Positions 25,916 to 35,754 of a stretch of DNA of 64,000 bases are shown here, one piece after another (position 1 is the first letter of the stretch; every line of letters starts with the position of its first letter). A program made the translations under genes and the position numbers. Below the pieces are notes generated by a model that was not told the origin of the DNA, did no database searches, and saw nothing but the letters and a program-made list of their open reading frames with translations. The stretch is from positions 311-64,310 of the forward strand of contig JAFGJS010000094.1 of assembly GCA_016928995.1 (NCBI GenBank). Direction: 5' to 3'. The stretch is from Candidatus Sumerlaeota bacterium (GTDB lineage Bacteria; Sumerlaeota; Sumerlaeia; JAFGJS01).

Positions 25916-26863
25916 TTACTTGAAATTCCGCCGGCTGAAGATCAGACAGGCCAGCGTAAGCACTGCAGCGGGATAAATAACGCCGTACAAAATTTCCGAG
26001 CCATAAATCGGCGCCTTGTCTTCATAGATCGCGTCGCTGACCTTGTAAAAGATCGACAGGTTCGGCGCGATAAGGGCGATGACCTGGGCCAACGCCGCCT
26101 TAAAATGCAGGGTCATGTCCGCGCCGCCGGACGCCTGGATCTTGTCTTGCAATTTCCAAACGTAGCGAATGATGTCCTCATTGCCGCGGCCGACGAGGAA
26201 AGTCATGATCGTCATGAACGCACTGAGAATCGGCGTGCTGAAAGACGAGAATAAAATGGCGAAGGCCACGATGATCGCCAGTTCGAAGCAGTTCATGCTG
26301 ATCACAGTCATGATGTTTTTCGTCGCTTCGGTCGGATCGTGGCCGAAGAAAGAGCCGGCGCCCTTGGGGATCGCGCCCAACAGCGCTTTGACGTAGTACA
26401 TGTAGATGTCGGCTTGGGTGTAAGAGCCCTTCTGGCTCGCTAAGTGCATGAAGTAATCATTCATCGTCTGCTGATCCACGACGGAGTAATAGTGTATCGC
26501 CATCAGGAAGAACAGCGTCATAATGATGACATTGGCGTAAATGGTCAGCAACAACCCGAAGTACTTGCCCAGAATGAAGTGCGTGCGATCGATCGGCTTG
26601 CTGACAATGGTGTAGATCGTCTTCTTGTCGATCTCATTGTAGACCAATCCGATTCCAATGAAGACGGCGATCATGATGCTGAAAAAGTTGATGCCAAACA
26701 GACCGATGCTGCGGATCAAGTCTTCCGGGGCGCTCACGGAAAGGTCGCCCATGATGCCGCCGCTGATGATGATCAGTATCGCGAACAGCAAAATCACATA
26801 CAGGATGCGGTTGCGGATCGCCTCCTTGAATGTGTTCAACGCAATCACAAAAATGGAATACAT
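25916..26863 (-). CDS. ABC-2-type transporter permease (PilI-like)
   Basis: IALNTFKEAIRNRILY, EIDKKTIYTIVSKPIDRTHFILGKYFG, C-terminal FSRRNFK. Confidence 0.9.
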   Translation of the reverse strand: MYSIFVIALNTFKEAIRNRILYVILLFAILIIISGGIMGDLSVSAPEDLIRSIGLFGINFFSIMIAVFIGIGLVYNEIDKKTIYTIVSKPIDRTHFILGKYFGLLLTIYANVIIMTLFFLMAIHYYSVVDQQTMNDYFMHLASQKGSYTQADIYMYYVKALLGAIPKGAGSFFGHDPTEATKNIMTVISMNCFELAIIVAFAILFSSFSTPILSAFMTIMTFLVGRGNEDIIRYVWKLQDKIQASGGADMTLHFKAALAQVIALIAPNLSIFYKVSDAIYEDKAPIYGSEILYGVIYPAAVLTLACLIFSRRNFK

Positions 26864-26902
26864 AATCTACGCCCTTGGCAATTGAATGTCATTCGATTAA
26901 CG

Positions 26903-27904
26903 TCAGATGTTCTTCGCTTTCGTTTCTTCGCCGCTTGGCCGCACTTGATCGACGAAGAATTCCTCGAGCGTCTCCTTGCGCGGGGCAAGCGAGATCAAAC
27001 GGCCGTTTTCCGCCAGGCATTTGCGCACGAGCGCCTGCGCAGCCTGTTCGCCTTCGAAGACGAACAAGTGCTCTTCGCCGGCAGCCACGTTGCGCGTCGC
27101 TTGCGATTCGAACTGCTCGACGGTTTCCGAAGAGATGCCAGCCACGGTCACCTCGTATTCCTTGATGCGCGCGGAAAGCAGCTCATTGAGCCGGCCGATG
27201 CTGCTCAGCTTGCCCTTGTGCACAATAGCCACCCGGTCGCAGATCAACTCCGCGTCGCTGAGAATATGCGAAGAGAAAAACACCGTTTTGCCCTGATCGC
27301 GGAGCAGCAGGATCAAGTCGCGCACTTCCTTCCGGCCCAGCGGATCGAGTCCGGATTGCGGCTCGTCAAGAAAGACGATTTTGGGATCGTTCAGCAGCGC
27401 CTGAGCCAGTCCGGCGCGCTGAAGCATGCCCTTGGAGTACCCCTTCAACGGAACGTCCGCCGCATACGCGATGCCGGTGAGTTCGAGCAATTCCTCGGTG
27501 CGCTTGCGGCGCAGGCTCCGCTCCATGCCATAGAGCTGGCCGTAGTAATGAAGGAATTCGCGCCCGGTAAGATAATCGTAAAAATAAGGATTCTCCGGCA
27601 GAAACCCGATCTTGGCTTTGGTCGGCTTGTGCCCCAGCGGATGGCCCATAATTTTCGCCGTGCCGCGCGTGGCGAAATGGATCCCCATCAGAATTTTAAT
27701 CGTGGTCGTCTTGCCCGCGCCATTGGGGCCCAGCAAACCGAAAATTTCGCCTTCCTCCACATCCAGCGTAAGATCCTGAAGCGCGGCGGTGCGGCGGTTT
27801 TTCAACCGGATCTTGAGTCTGCCATGCTCCACGTCAATAAAGTTCTGAACGTAAATCTTGCTCAGATTGCGAATTTCAATCACAGGCGCCATATCAAGAT
27901 TCAT
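26903..27904 (-). CDS. ABC transporter ATP-binding protein (PilH-like)
   Basis: GPNGAGKTT, signature YSKGMLQRAGLAQAL, Walker B VFLDEPQSGLDP, H-loop FSSHIL. Confidence 0.95.
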   Translation of the reverse strand: MNLDMAPVIEIRNLSKIYVQNFIDVEHGRLKIRLKNRRTAALQDLTLDVEEGEIFGLLGPNGAGKTTTIKILMGIHFATRGTAKIMGHPLGHKPTKAKIGFLPENPYFYDYLTGREFLHYYGQLYGMERSLRRKRTEELLELTGIAYAADVPLKGYSKGMLQRAGLAQALLNDPKIVFLDEPQSGLDPLGRKEVRDLILLLRDQGKTVFFSSHILSDAELICDRVAIVHKGKLSSIGRLNELLSARIKEYEVTVAGISSETVEQFESQATRNVAAGEEHLFVFEGEQAAQALVRKCLAENGRLISLAPRKETLEEFFVDQVRPSGEETKAKNI

Positions 27905-28153
27905 CCTTGCTTCAAGTCCGCCGCACGGCTCAAGCGGTTGTTCAACGCATCTTGGCTGACCCGGCGCACAGCGCGACGGCCGCCGGCTGTTCTGACGTCA
28001 GGCCATTCAAAAATGAAGGCTGACTTTGAATTTTAAAATCAGCCGCCAGCCAACCAACAGGCGGAAAATTATTGGTTTGCGCGATGTGCCTGTCAATGAA
28101 AAGACGCACATTTTACCGCGCTCGCTGAGATGATGGAACCGGCGCTGCCGGAA

Positions 28154-28486
28154 TCAGCCGATACGGCGAAGGCGAGTGGTCAGACGGATCTCGCTGAGAA
28201 TGGTTTGCACCCTCCGCGCTTCGGCGTGGGTGGTGATGATGATGAGGCTCTTCTGCATTTTTTCGACGCGCTCCACGATGCCGTCAGCCATTTGCGCGCC
28301 GCATTGCAGCGCCTTCATAACCTGATGCACCACATCCTCACGGTAGTGGCAGGTGTCGTCGTAAAGCACCACGCCCCAGCCCTCTCCCGGCGACAGGTGC
28401 GTTTCCAGGAGTTCATTCAAATGCGACCAATCCGGCTGCTGCGCTTCACTGGAGTTGTCCATTGGTTCGGACATTTTTTGCCTCAT
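28154..28486 (-). CDS. ClpS-like N-degron adaptor (divergent)
   Basis: WGVVLYDDTCHYREDVVHQVMKAL...ADGIVERVEKMQKSLI...EARRVQTILSEIRLTT matches the ClpS core pattern. Start may be 28474. Confidence 0.65.
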   Translation of the reverse strand: MRQKMSEPMDNSSEAQQPDWSHLNELLETHLSPGEGWGVVLYDDTCHYREDVVHQVMKALQCGAQMADGIVERVEKMQKSLIIITTHAEARRVQTILSEIRLTTRLRRIG

Positions 28487-28787
28487 TCAATCTTTCTGAA
28501 CGTATATAATACGGCAAAGATATGCCTTTTTTTGGGAAAATTCAATTATTTTCTACAGGAACGCGAGCCGTTGCGATTCACAATTTTGACGATTGATACA
28601 AAAGAAGTTGGAGCGGCGCCACTGATGCAGAGAATCCAAAACAGGCGGAAAAACGCCGGTTTCTTGAAAACGGGATCAATGGCGATGGATACAATCCATC
28701 AGGCTCTCTTTATGCGCGTAACAATAGTGATGATAGTGAATAATCCTTGATTTTACACGCAGGGCTTTCTACGGTTTTGAACGGCTG

Positions 28788-30203
28788 ATGCATGACCTTA
28801 TGCCAGAACGCGGGAAGGTTCGAAAGTTGGAAACTTTTCGTTTAACATATTTCATCAAGCGTTTGCGCGGGTTCCTACAACGGAGCGATTTTTCCTCCAT
28901 GCGTCTGCTGCTGGCCGACTACAGCGCGCCGGAAATCGGCGATTTGTTCGAACAGCTGGAGTTGGATGAGCAGCTGAAAATTCTGCGCAATCTGGACATT
29001 GAAGATGCGGTGGATATTTTCGCCTGCCTGGAGATCGAGCAGCAGCTGGCGCTGATGAGCGAATTCCGCCAGGAACGCGCCGTGCATTTTCTTCAGGAGA
29101 TGGATCCGGACGACCGGACGGACCTTTTGCAGCGGCTCCCGGATGAAGCGGCTCAGGCGCTGTTCGAGAAACTCCCGGAGGAAGACCAGAAGGAAGTCAG
29201 CGAGCTGATCCGCTACGAGGAGTCGAGCGCTGGCGGCATCATGACCACGGAATATGCCTGCGTGCCGTCAGACGTTTCGGCGGGCGAAGCGCTGGAGATC
29301 ATCCGCTCCAAGCACGAAGATATCGAGATGTCGTGGTATGTTTACGTCGTGGACGATGAGAAGCGGCTGGCCGGAATCCTCACGCTGCAAAAACTGCTGC
29401 TCAATCCGCCGGATACGCCGGTGGAAGAGTTCATGATGCCGCATCCGATCAAGGCCACGCACGACATGGACCAGGAGGATGTGGCGCGCGAGATGGTGAA
29501 ATACGACCTGCTGGCCATGCCGGTGGTCGATTATCAGGATCATATGCTCGGAATCGTGACGTTCGACGACGTGGCCCGCGTGATCGAGGACGAGGCGACG
29601 GAGGATTACGAGCTGTTCGGCGGCGTCATTGCGTCCGACGAAACATACGACAAGGCCAGCATCTGGGGCCTGGTGAAGGAACGGCTCCCGTGGCTGGCCA
29701 TTCTGCTCTTGCTCGGTTCGCTGAATGAGTTCGTCGTCTCCTATTACGCCGGTAAAATCGACTTGGGATTGATGGCGATCCTGACCGGCTTCTTCCCCAT
29801 GGTGCAGTCAACGGCGGGCAACGCCGGCACGCAGTCCGCGGTGATTATCATCCGCGGCATCGCCACGGGCGAGATCAACTACCGCGCGATCGGACTGGTC
29901 TTCGGCAAGGAAGTGCTGGTTGGACTGGCTCTGGGTCTGCTGATCGGCTTGCTGGCTTTCGCGCGGGTGGCGCTGTTCAACCATCAAATGCGCCTGATCG
30001 TCAGCGTCGTCGCGGGCAGCACGATCCTGATTCAGATTTTCTTCTCCACAATGTTCGGCGCGCTGCTGCCGATGATCGTCAAACGCATCGGCCTTGATCC
30101 GGCCACGATGTCAAGCCCGTTGATCACCACGACAGTGGACCTGCTCACCGCGGCGGTGTACCTGAACATGGCCATCATCGTCAGCCACATGCATCACATG
30201 TGA
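28788..30203 (+). CDS. mgtE: Magnesium transporter MgtE
   Basis: Helical N-domain (MDPDDRTDLL), SAGGIMTTEY, CBS pair, RLPWL, GNAGTQS, DPATMSSPLITTTVD. Confidence 0.95.
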   Translation: MHDLMPERGKVRKLETFRLTYFIKRLRGFLQRSDFSSMRLLLADYSAPEIGDLFEQLELDEQLKILRNLDIEDAVDIFACLEIEQQLALMSEFRQERAVHFLQEMDPDDRTDLLQRLPDEAAQALFEKLPEEDQKEVSELIRYEESSAGGIMTTEYACVPSDVSAGEALEIIRSKHEDIEMSWYVYVVDDEKRLAGILTLQKLLLNPPDTPVEEFMMPHPIKATHDMDQEDVAREMVKYDLLAMPVVDYQDHMLGIVTFDDVARVIEDEATEDYELFGGVIASDETYDKASIWGLVKERLPWLAILLLLGSLNEFVVSYYAGKIDLGLMAILTGFFPMVQSTAGNAGTQSAVIIIRGIATGEINYRAIGLVFGKEVLVGLALGLLIGLLAFARVALFNHQMRLIVSVVAGSTILIQIFFSTMFGALLPMIVKRIGLDPATMSSPLITTTVDLLTAAVYLNMAIIVSHMHHM

Positions 30204-30337
30204 ATTTCCTTGATCGCCGGGCGGCAATCACATAAATCTTAATGTAACGATATTATATGATGCCGAATACCACAGAAAGCAATCTGGCGGAGTGGAACGT
30301 TATGCCCGCCGGTCGCGCCGGAGCTAAAACGAAAAAA

Positions 30338-31702
30338 ATGAAACTTCTCAAACGATTAATCCCCGCCGTCCTGATGACGTTGTTCGTGCTGCCGCAATGC
30401 GGCTGTCTCCAAATGGAGGCTTTGCGCAAGGAAAACGGGCAGCTGCGCAAGTTGAACTCCGAACTGGAGGAACAAAACGAGAAATTCAAAACCAACTATT
30501 ACAAGTTGCTTGAACAGAAAAACCAATTGGAAGGCGAGCAACAGAAAGACATTAAAGCGCTTGAGGCCCAGGTGAAACGTTATCGCGACCTGAAATCCGA
30601 ACGTGAGACCTCGCTGGAGGAAAACATCCGCCAGTTGAACTTGCAGCATCAGGGCAAACTGGACGAACAGTCGGGCGAGATCAAACGCCTGAACGACAAA
30701 ATCGTGGACCTGGAGTCGCAAGTGGAGAATGCGAAATCGGCGTTGGCGCAAGCCTCGAACGAAAAAGCGGAATTGCAAAAGAAACAAACCGAATTAGCCG
30801 GCGAACTCGAAACCGCGAAACAGGCGCTGGACGCCAAGGAGCATGAGCTCAAACAGTACACGCAGGTGAAAGGCGACTTGCAGCAGAAAATGGATGAGGC
30901 GCAAAAAACCGCCGCCAACAAGGACGCGACGATTGACGAACTCAAGAAAGAAATCGTCTCCTTGAATGAAAAAATCGAGGATTTGACGGACGACTTGACC
31001 AGCCGCGATGAACGGATTGCGCACTTAAGCAAAGAGAAAAACGTCACGGATCAGGAATTGAAGGATAAAAAGCAGCGCGAGGCGGAAATCGCGCAAAAGA
31101 TCGCCAAACTCGAACAGGCGAATCAGGAGCAGGGAGACGCCCCGCCGGAGGAAATCGCCCAGCGCAAGGCGGAAATCGACCGCCTGACCAAGGAACTGGA
31201 GAGCGTGCGCGCGGAGATGGATAAATCGCCCGCTGAACTGGATCCGGACCTGGCCAAAGTTGAGACGGCCTTGAAGGAAACGCTCAAACCGCAAATCGAC
31301 GCGGGCGAGGTGGAAGTGCTTTGCGACCGGCGCGGCGTCGTGGCGCGCATCAGCAGCGATGTGATTTTCGAACCGGGTTCGGTCGTGATCGACAGCAAAA
31401 TGGAAGGCATGCTGAAACGGCTCGGAACCCAACTCGCGCAATTCAGCGGCAACCCAATCTCCATCGAAGGGCATACGGATAATCAACCCGTGCTCAACCT
31501 GGGATATCCGCACAATCTGGCGCTATCGGCGCAACGCTCCGTGGCGGTGATGCAATTTTTGATTGAACAGGGAGGCCTGGGCGAGCATAATAATGTGCGC
31601 TCCGTCGCGTGGGGCAAGTTGCGGCCTATCGCGCCGAACAACACGCCTGAAAGCCGGAGCAAAAACCGCCGGGTGGAGATTATCGTCGAACCTAAATCTT
31701 AG
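30338..31702 (+). CDS. Lipoprotein with a long coiled coil and C-terminal OmpA/MotB peptidoglycan-binding domain
   Basis: Signal MKLLKRLIPAVLMTLFVLPQCGC; roughly 280 aa of heptad-rich helix; VIFEPGS, ISIEGHTDN, LSAQRSVAV, NRRVEI. Confidence 0.88.
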   Translation: MKLLKRLIPAVLMTLFVLPQCGCLQMEALRKENGQLRKLNSELEEQNEKFKTNYYKLLEQKNQLEGEQQKDIKALEAQVKRYRDLKSERETSLEENIRQLNLQHQGKLDEQSGEIKRLNDKIVDLESQVENAKSALAQASNEKAELQKKQTELAGELETAKQALDAKEHELKQYTQVKGDLQQKMDEAQKTAANKDATIDELKKEIVSLNEKIEDLTDDLTSRDERIAHLSKEKNVTDQELKDKKQREAEIAQKIAKLEQANQEQGDAPPEEIAQRKAEIDRLTKELESVRAEMDKSPAELDPDLAKVETALKETLKPQIDAGEVEVLCDRRGVVARISSDVIFEPGSVVIDSKMEGMLKRLGTQLAQFSGNPISIEGHTDNQPVLNLGYPHNLALSAQRSVAVMQFLIEQGGLGEHNNVRSVAWGKLRPIAPNNTPESRSKNRRVEIIVEPKS

Positions 31703-31730
31703 GCGCCACTCGGTTTACGGCAGGCCTTGA

Positions 31731-31766
31731 AATAAAAACCGCGGCGCGCCGAAACGCCCCGCGGTT
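31731..31766 (-). terminator. Intrinsic terminator of tRNA-Gly
   Basis: Minus strand AACCGCGGGGCG-TTTCGG-CGCGCCGCGGTT-TTTATTT. Confidence 0.7.
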
Positions 31767-31774
31767 ATAAAAAA

Positions 31775-31850
31775 TGGAGCGAGAAACGGGGTTCGAACCC
31801 GCGACCCCCAGCTTGGGAAGCTGGTGCTCTACCAACTGAGCTATTCTCGC
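31775..31850 (-). tRNA. tRNA-Gly (anticodon CCC)
   Basis: Reverse complement GCGAGAATAGCTCAGTTGGTAGAGCACCAGCTTCCCAAGCTGGGGGTCGCGGGTTCGAACCCCGTTTCTCGCTCCA; 76 nt cloverleaf, encoded CCA. Confidence 0.97.
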
Positions 31851-31876
31851 CCTTGTATCGCTTGCTGATGTCATCA

Positions 31877-31906
31877 AGTATGGAGACAAATCGATGGGTG
31901 TGTCAA
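31877..31906 (-). promoter_or_regulatory. Probable sigma70 promoter of tRNA-Gly
   Basis: Minus strand TTGACA-18 nt-CATACT, about 26 nt upstream of the tRNA 5' end. Confidence 0.55.
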
Positions 31907-33990
31907 GAGGCATTCAGCTACGTCAATACTTAAGCGGCCAGCTCAGCGACCAGGTCCACGACTTGGAAAAATCGATCACGACCATTGGCCGTGATGTGAA
32001 TTGCGACATCCGGATTCAGGACGGCAAAACCTCCCGTCTGCACTGCGAGATCATCCTCGAAGACGGCTTCAACGTGCTGATCGACCGGCACAGCACCAAC
32101 GGCACATTCGTCAACAACGCCCGGGTTGTGCACCATATTCTGGAAGCGGGCGACATCATCCAGGTCGGCAACACGCATTTCCTGGTGGAGGGCGCGGCCT
32201 CGACTAAAACCGAGCCGGTGCATTTCGATCAGCAAAGCGAATCCGACATCATCAAGTCGATTCACGTCAAGGACGCCATGCCGCGCTTCGAGCAGCTCGG
32301 GGCTCGCGAGGAATTCAACGGCGAATCGCTGGAAGAGCAGTTCTTCAAGCAATCCGAATACTTTTCAACCCATGACCAGGAAGTGCCGGCGGACTATATT
32401 CCGCGCGTATCGAGCCAGCGCCGTGTCTTGAGCGATTCCGCCATGGAAGCCGAGGGCGGGCATCATCGCCTGGCGCCGCTCGAGCCGAAACCGCGCCCGA
32501 AGCCAAAGGAGGAAGCCCCTCCCCCGGCGCCCAGCGCAGAGGCACAGCCGCCCGTTCCGCCTGAAGCCGAGCAGCTTCTGCCGTCGCAATCTGCGGCGCC
32601 GGAAAAGGCTGCCACGAGCATTGAGCCCCATCCAATGGAAATGCTGCAGGAACTTCGCGTGCTTTACGCCGTGATGGACCGGCTCAATCGGCTGAACAAC
32701 CATGAAGAGCTTTATGACTGCATCGGCCAGATGATCTTCGACGTGTTCAAGAAGACCGAGAACTTCGTGCTGGCCGTATTCCACGAAGGGCAAGCCGATC
32801 CGGACAGTTTTCACGTTGTGCGCAGCTTGCATCAGGGCAACCCCATGGCGGCGGACTCGATCGGCATCAGCCGCACACTGGTGCAGACCGCGATGGAGAC
32901 CCAATCGGGCATCCTGGCTGGCAACGCCTCGAACGATCAGCGCTTCGACGCATCGGAAAGCATGATCCGCTATCAGATCAAGAGCGTGATGTGCGCCCCG
33001 ATGATCAGCGGAGAGCACTGCATCGGCATCGTCGTCGTGGACAATCGCACGGAGCCGTTCTGCTTCACGGAAAAGGATCTGGCGTTATTCACGGCCATGA
33101 CGGCGCAATTCGCCGTGACGCTGGACAAACTGCTGATGACCCACCGGTTGAATCGCGCCTTCCATGAAACGATGCTGTCGCTGATCAACGCCATGGAGGC
33201 GACGGATTCCTACACCCGCGGCCACACACAACGAGTCTGCCAGTACGCCCTGGGCATCGCGCGGCAAATAGGGCTGAATTCCGAACAGCTTTCCGACATG
33301 CAAACGGCGGCGATGCTGCATGACATCGGCAAGGTGGGCATCAAGCAAGGCCTGCTGAATAAAGAAGGCTCGCTCAGCGACACGGAGTTTATCCGCATCA
33401 AGGACCACGTCGAGATGGGCTGCTACATCCTCGAACCCATCGCGTATCTGCGCAAGGTAATCCCGATCATCCGCTCGCATCATGAGCGTTGGGACGGACA
33501 GGGATATCCGGACAACTTGAAGGGCGAAGAGATTCCGCTGCTCGGACGGATTCTGGCCGTCGCGGATTCGCTCGACGCCATGACGACGCAGCGCTCCTAT
33601 AACGATCCGCTCTCCAAGCAGATGGCCGTGCGGCGTTGCCGTGAAGCGGCGGGAACGCAATTCGATCCGAAGGTTGTGGACGCGCTTGAAGAATACATGC
33701 GCCAGTACGACCTGATCACCACGGAAAAAACCTTCATCGGCGATCCGAGCAAATTCCTGCCGCTGAAATTCAACTGGGTTCAGGAGGATTCGGCGCAGAT
33801 AGAACGGCAAGATGACCGGCCGGTGGATCCCAAGGCGCCTTCGGAGCCGTCGCCGTCCATGCCGGCGAGTTTAATGGACTTGATCGAAGCGGAAGCCGAC
33901 GAGGCAAACGGCCGCGAAGCCGATCCAGCCAAGGAAACGATTCGCGCCGACGCTGAATCGCTCGATCTGGAAGATTTGGACCACATCTGA
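31894..33990 (+). CDS. FHA-GAF-HD-GYP cyclic-dinucleotide phosphodiesterase
   Basis: FHA (TIGRD...SRLH...STNGTFVN), Pro-rich linker, GAF (ISRTLV...SVMCAPM), HD-GYP (YTRGHTQRV, LHDIGK, HHERWDGQGYP, ILAVADSLDAMT). Confidence 0.93.
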   Translation: MGVSRGIQLRQYLSGQLSDQVHDLEKSITTIGRDVNCDIRIQDGKTSRLHCEIILEDGFNVLIDRHSTNGTFVNNARVVHHILEAGDIIQVGNTHFLVEGAASTKTEPVHFDQQSESDIIKSIHVKDAMPRFEQLGAREEFNGESLEEQFFKQSEYFSTHDQEVPADYIPRVSSQRRVLSDSAMEAEGGHHRLAPLEPKPRPKPKEEAPPPAPSAEAQPPVPPEAEQLLPSQSAAPEKAATSIEPHPMEMLQELRVLYAVMDRLNRLNNHEELYDCIGQMIFDVFKKTENFVLAVFHEGQADPDSFHVVRSLHQGNPMAADSIGISRTLVQTAMETQSGILAGNASNDQRFDASESMIRYQIKSVMCAPMISGEHCIGIVVVDNRTEPFCFTEKDLALFTAMTAQFAVTLDKLLMTHRLNRAFHETMLSLINAMEATDSYTRGHTQRVCQYALGIARQIGLNSEQLSDMQTAAMLHDIGKVGIKQGLLNKEGSLSDTEFIRIKDHVEMGCYILEPIAYLRKVIPIIRSHHERWDGQGYPDNLKGEEIPLLGRILAVADSLDAMTTQRSYNDPLSKQMAVRRCREAAGTQFDPKVVDALEEYMRQYDLITTEKTFIGDPSKFLPLKFNWVQEDSAQIERQDDRPVDPKAPSEPSPSMPASLMDLIEAEADEANGREADPAKETIRADAESLDLEDLDHI

Positions 33991-34052
33991 AGCCGCACAT
34001 TCAACTGGCGGGCTGATGCGAAGCTCAGACCCGCGGATTGTAGCCTTGCCTC

Positions 34053-35720
34053 ATGCGCCCGCGATTGCTGCTGATTTATCTCACTATTGTGCTCGCCCCG
34101 CTGGGCGTGCTGGCCGCACTCGGTATTCGCATGGCCCAAAGCGAGCATCAAAGCACTCAGCAGCAAATCGAACGCTTGCTGCGCGCTTCGCTGGATTCAA
34201 GCAACGCCCTCGCGGAAGAGCACATCGCCAGCGTCCAGCGCGAAATGCAACGGCTGCTGCCCGAACTTTCGGCGGATCGCACGTTGTTGCGCGAAACCGA
34301 ACGGCGCCACCCGCGCATTTCGCAAATCTTCCTGCTCGACAACGAAGGGACGTTGTTCCATCCATCGCCGAAGGATCCCTCATTGACTGACGATGAGTGG
34401 AGTTTCATCGAACGCACGCGGCGAATCTGGCTGGACAAAGACCTTTACACCATGGCCTTGCAGGCTACAGCCGAATCGCAAAGCAAACGGCAAGTCCAAT
34501 CCGTCTCAAAATCAACTCTGAACGGCGCAAAAAACGGCGCCACATCGCCCATCGTGGATCTGGACCACGGCGAGTACGACGCCGTGCAAGGGCCGGTATT
34601 CGGCTGGTACCCCTGGTTCTGGGGCCGCACGTTCCATTTCATCTGCTGGTATCGCGATCCGGCGGGCAATGTGATCGGCGCCGAACTGAACCGCTCGCGC
34701 TTTCTAGCTGACTTGATCGCGCGGCTGCCGCAAACCAATCCGCAAAAACCCGAGCTGCGGGACGGTCTCATCCGCCTGGTGGATTCCGAGGGGCGCATCA
34801 TCTATCAATGGGGAATGTACCGCCCCAAGACCAAAGACGAAGAGCCTGTCGTCTGGCGCAACTTATCCAAACCGCTCAACGCATGGCGGTTTGAGTACTT
34901 CGCCTCGCTCGACACGCAATACATCAGCTGGAGCACGCTGTTCAACATCATCACCAGCCTGTTCGCCGGCGCCATGGGGCTGGCTGGCCTGGCGATCTAT
35001 TTCTACTATGAAAACACACGCGAGCTGCGCGACGCATCGCAGCGCGTGTCGTTCGTCAATCAGGTCTCGCATGAGCTCAAGACGCCGTTGACCAACATCC
35101 GCATGTACGCCGAACTGCTGGACGACGAGCTCTTCGAAGAAAACGAAAAGGCGCAGCGCTATGCCGAAATCATCGCGCTGGAAAGCCAGCGCCTCACGCG
35201 GCTGATCAACAACGTGCTGAGCTTCAGCCGGCAGAAACGCCAAAAACTAACGCTGCAACTCAGCCGGCAAAATGTGGACGAGACCATCCGCGGCGTGATC
35301 GAGAACTTCGAGCCGTCGCTCGCCGCCGCTGGCATCGAATGCGAATTCCGCGCCGGAGCGGACGCTGAATGCCTGTTCGATTGCGACGCCATTGAGCAGA
35401 TCATCGGCAACCTGCTGAATAACGTGGAAAAGTATGCTGCGCAAGGCAAGCATGCGTTGATCGAAAGCCGCAAGGACGGTTCGACAGTCACGATCACCGT
35501 GACCGATCGCGGCCCGGGGATTCCAATGAAGCAACGGGTGAAAATCTTCGAAGCCTTTTACCGCGTCAATGACGGCCTGACCGACGGCGCGACAGGCACC
35601 GGCATCGGCCTCTGGATCTCGCGCGAACTCGCCCGCAAACACGACGGCGATCTCACGATGCTCGACGCCCCCCAAGGCGCAAGTTTCGAGCTCACCTTCC
35701 GCTGCCAGGATTCGGCATGA
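34053..35720 (+). CDS. Membrane sensor histidine kinase (orphan)
   Basis: Two TMs around an extracytoplasmic domain; H-box VSHELKTPLT, N-box NLLNNVEKY, DRGPGI, GTGIGL. Confidence 0.93.
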   Translation: MRPRLLLIYLTIVLAPLGVLAALGIRMAQSEHQSTQQQIERLLRASLDSSNALAEEHIASVQREMQRLLPELSADRTLLRETERRHPRISQIFLLDNEGTLFHPSPKDPSLTDDEWSFIERTRRIWLDKDLYTMALQATAESQSKRQVQSVSKSTLNGAKNGATSPIVDLDHGEYDAVQGPVFGWYPWFWGRTFHFICWYRDPAGNVIGAELNRSRFLADLIARLPQTNPQKPELRDGLIRLVDSEGRIIYQWGMYRPKTKDEEPVVWRNLSKPLNAWRFEYFASLDTQYISWSTLFNIITSLFAGAMGLAGLAIYFYYENTRELRDASQRVSFVNQVSHELKTPLTNIRMYAELLDDELFEENEKAQRYAEIIALESQRLTRLINNVLSFSRQKRQKLTLQLSRQNVDETIRGVIENFEPSLAAAGIECEFRAGADAECLFDCDAIEQIIGNLLNNVEKYAAQGKHALIESRKDGSTVTITVTDRGPGIPMKQRVKIFEAFYRVNDGLTDGATGTGIGLWISRELARKHDGDLTMLDAPQGASFELTFRCQDSA

Positions 35721-35754
35721 CTATTTGACAAGGATCTTAAGAGAACCTCAAAAA

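Noticed and set aside
31775-31850. tRNA-anchored genomic island or prophage
   Set aside because: No integrase and no duplicated tRNA 3' end seen in the window; flanking genes have host-like composition.
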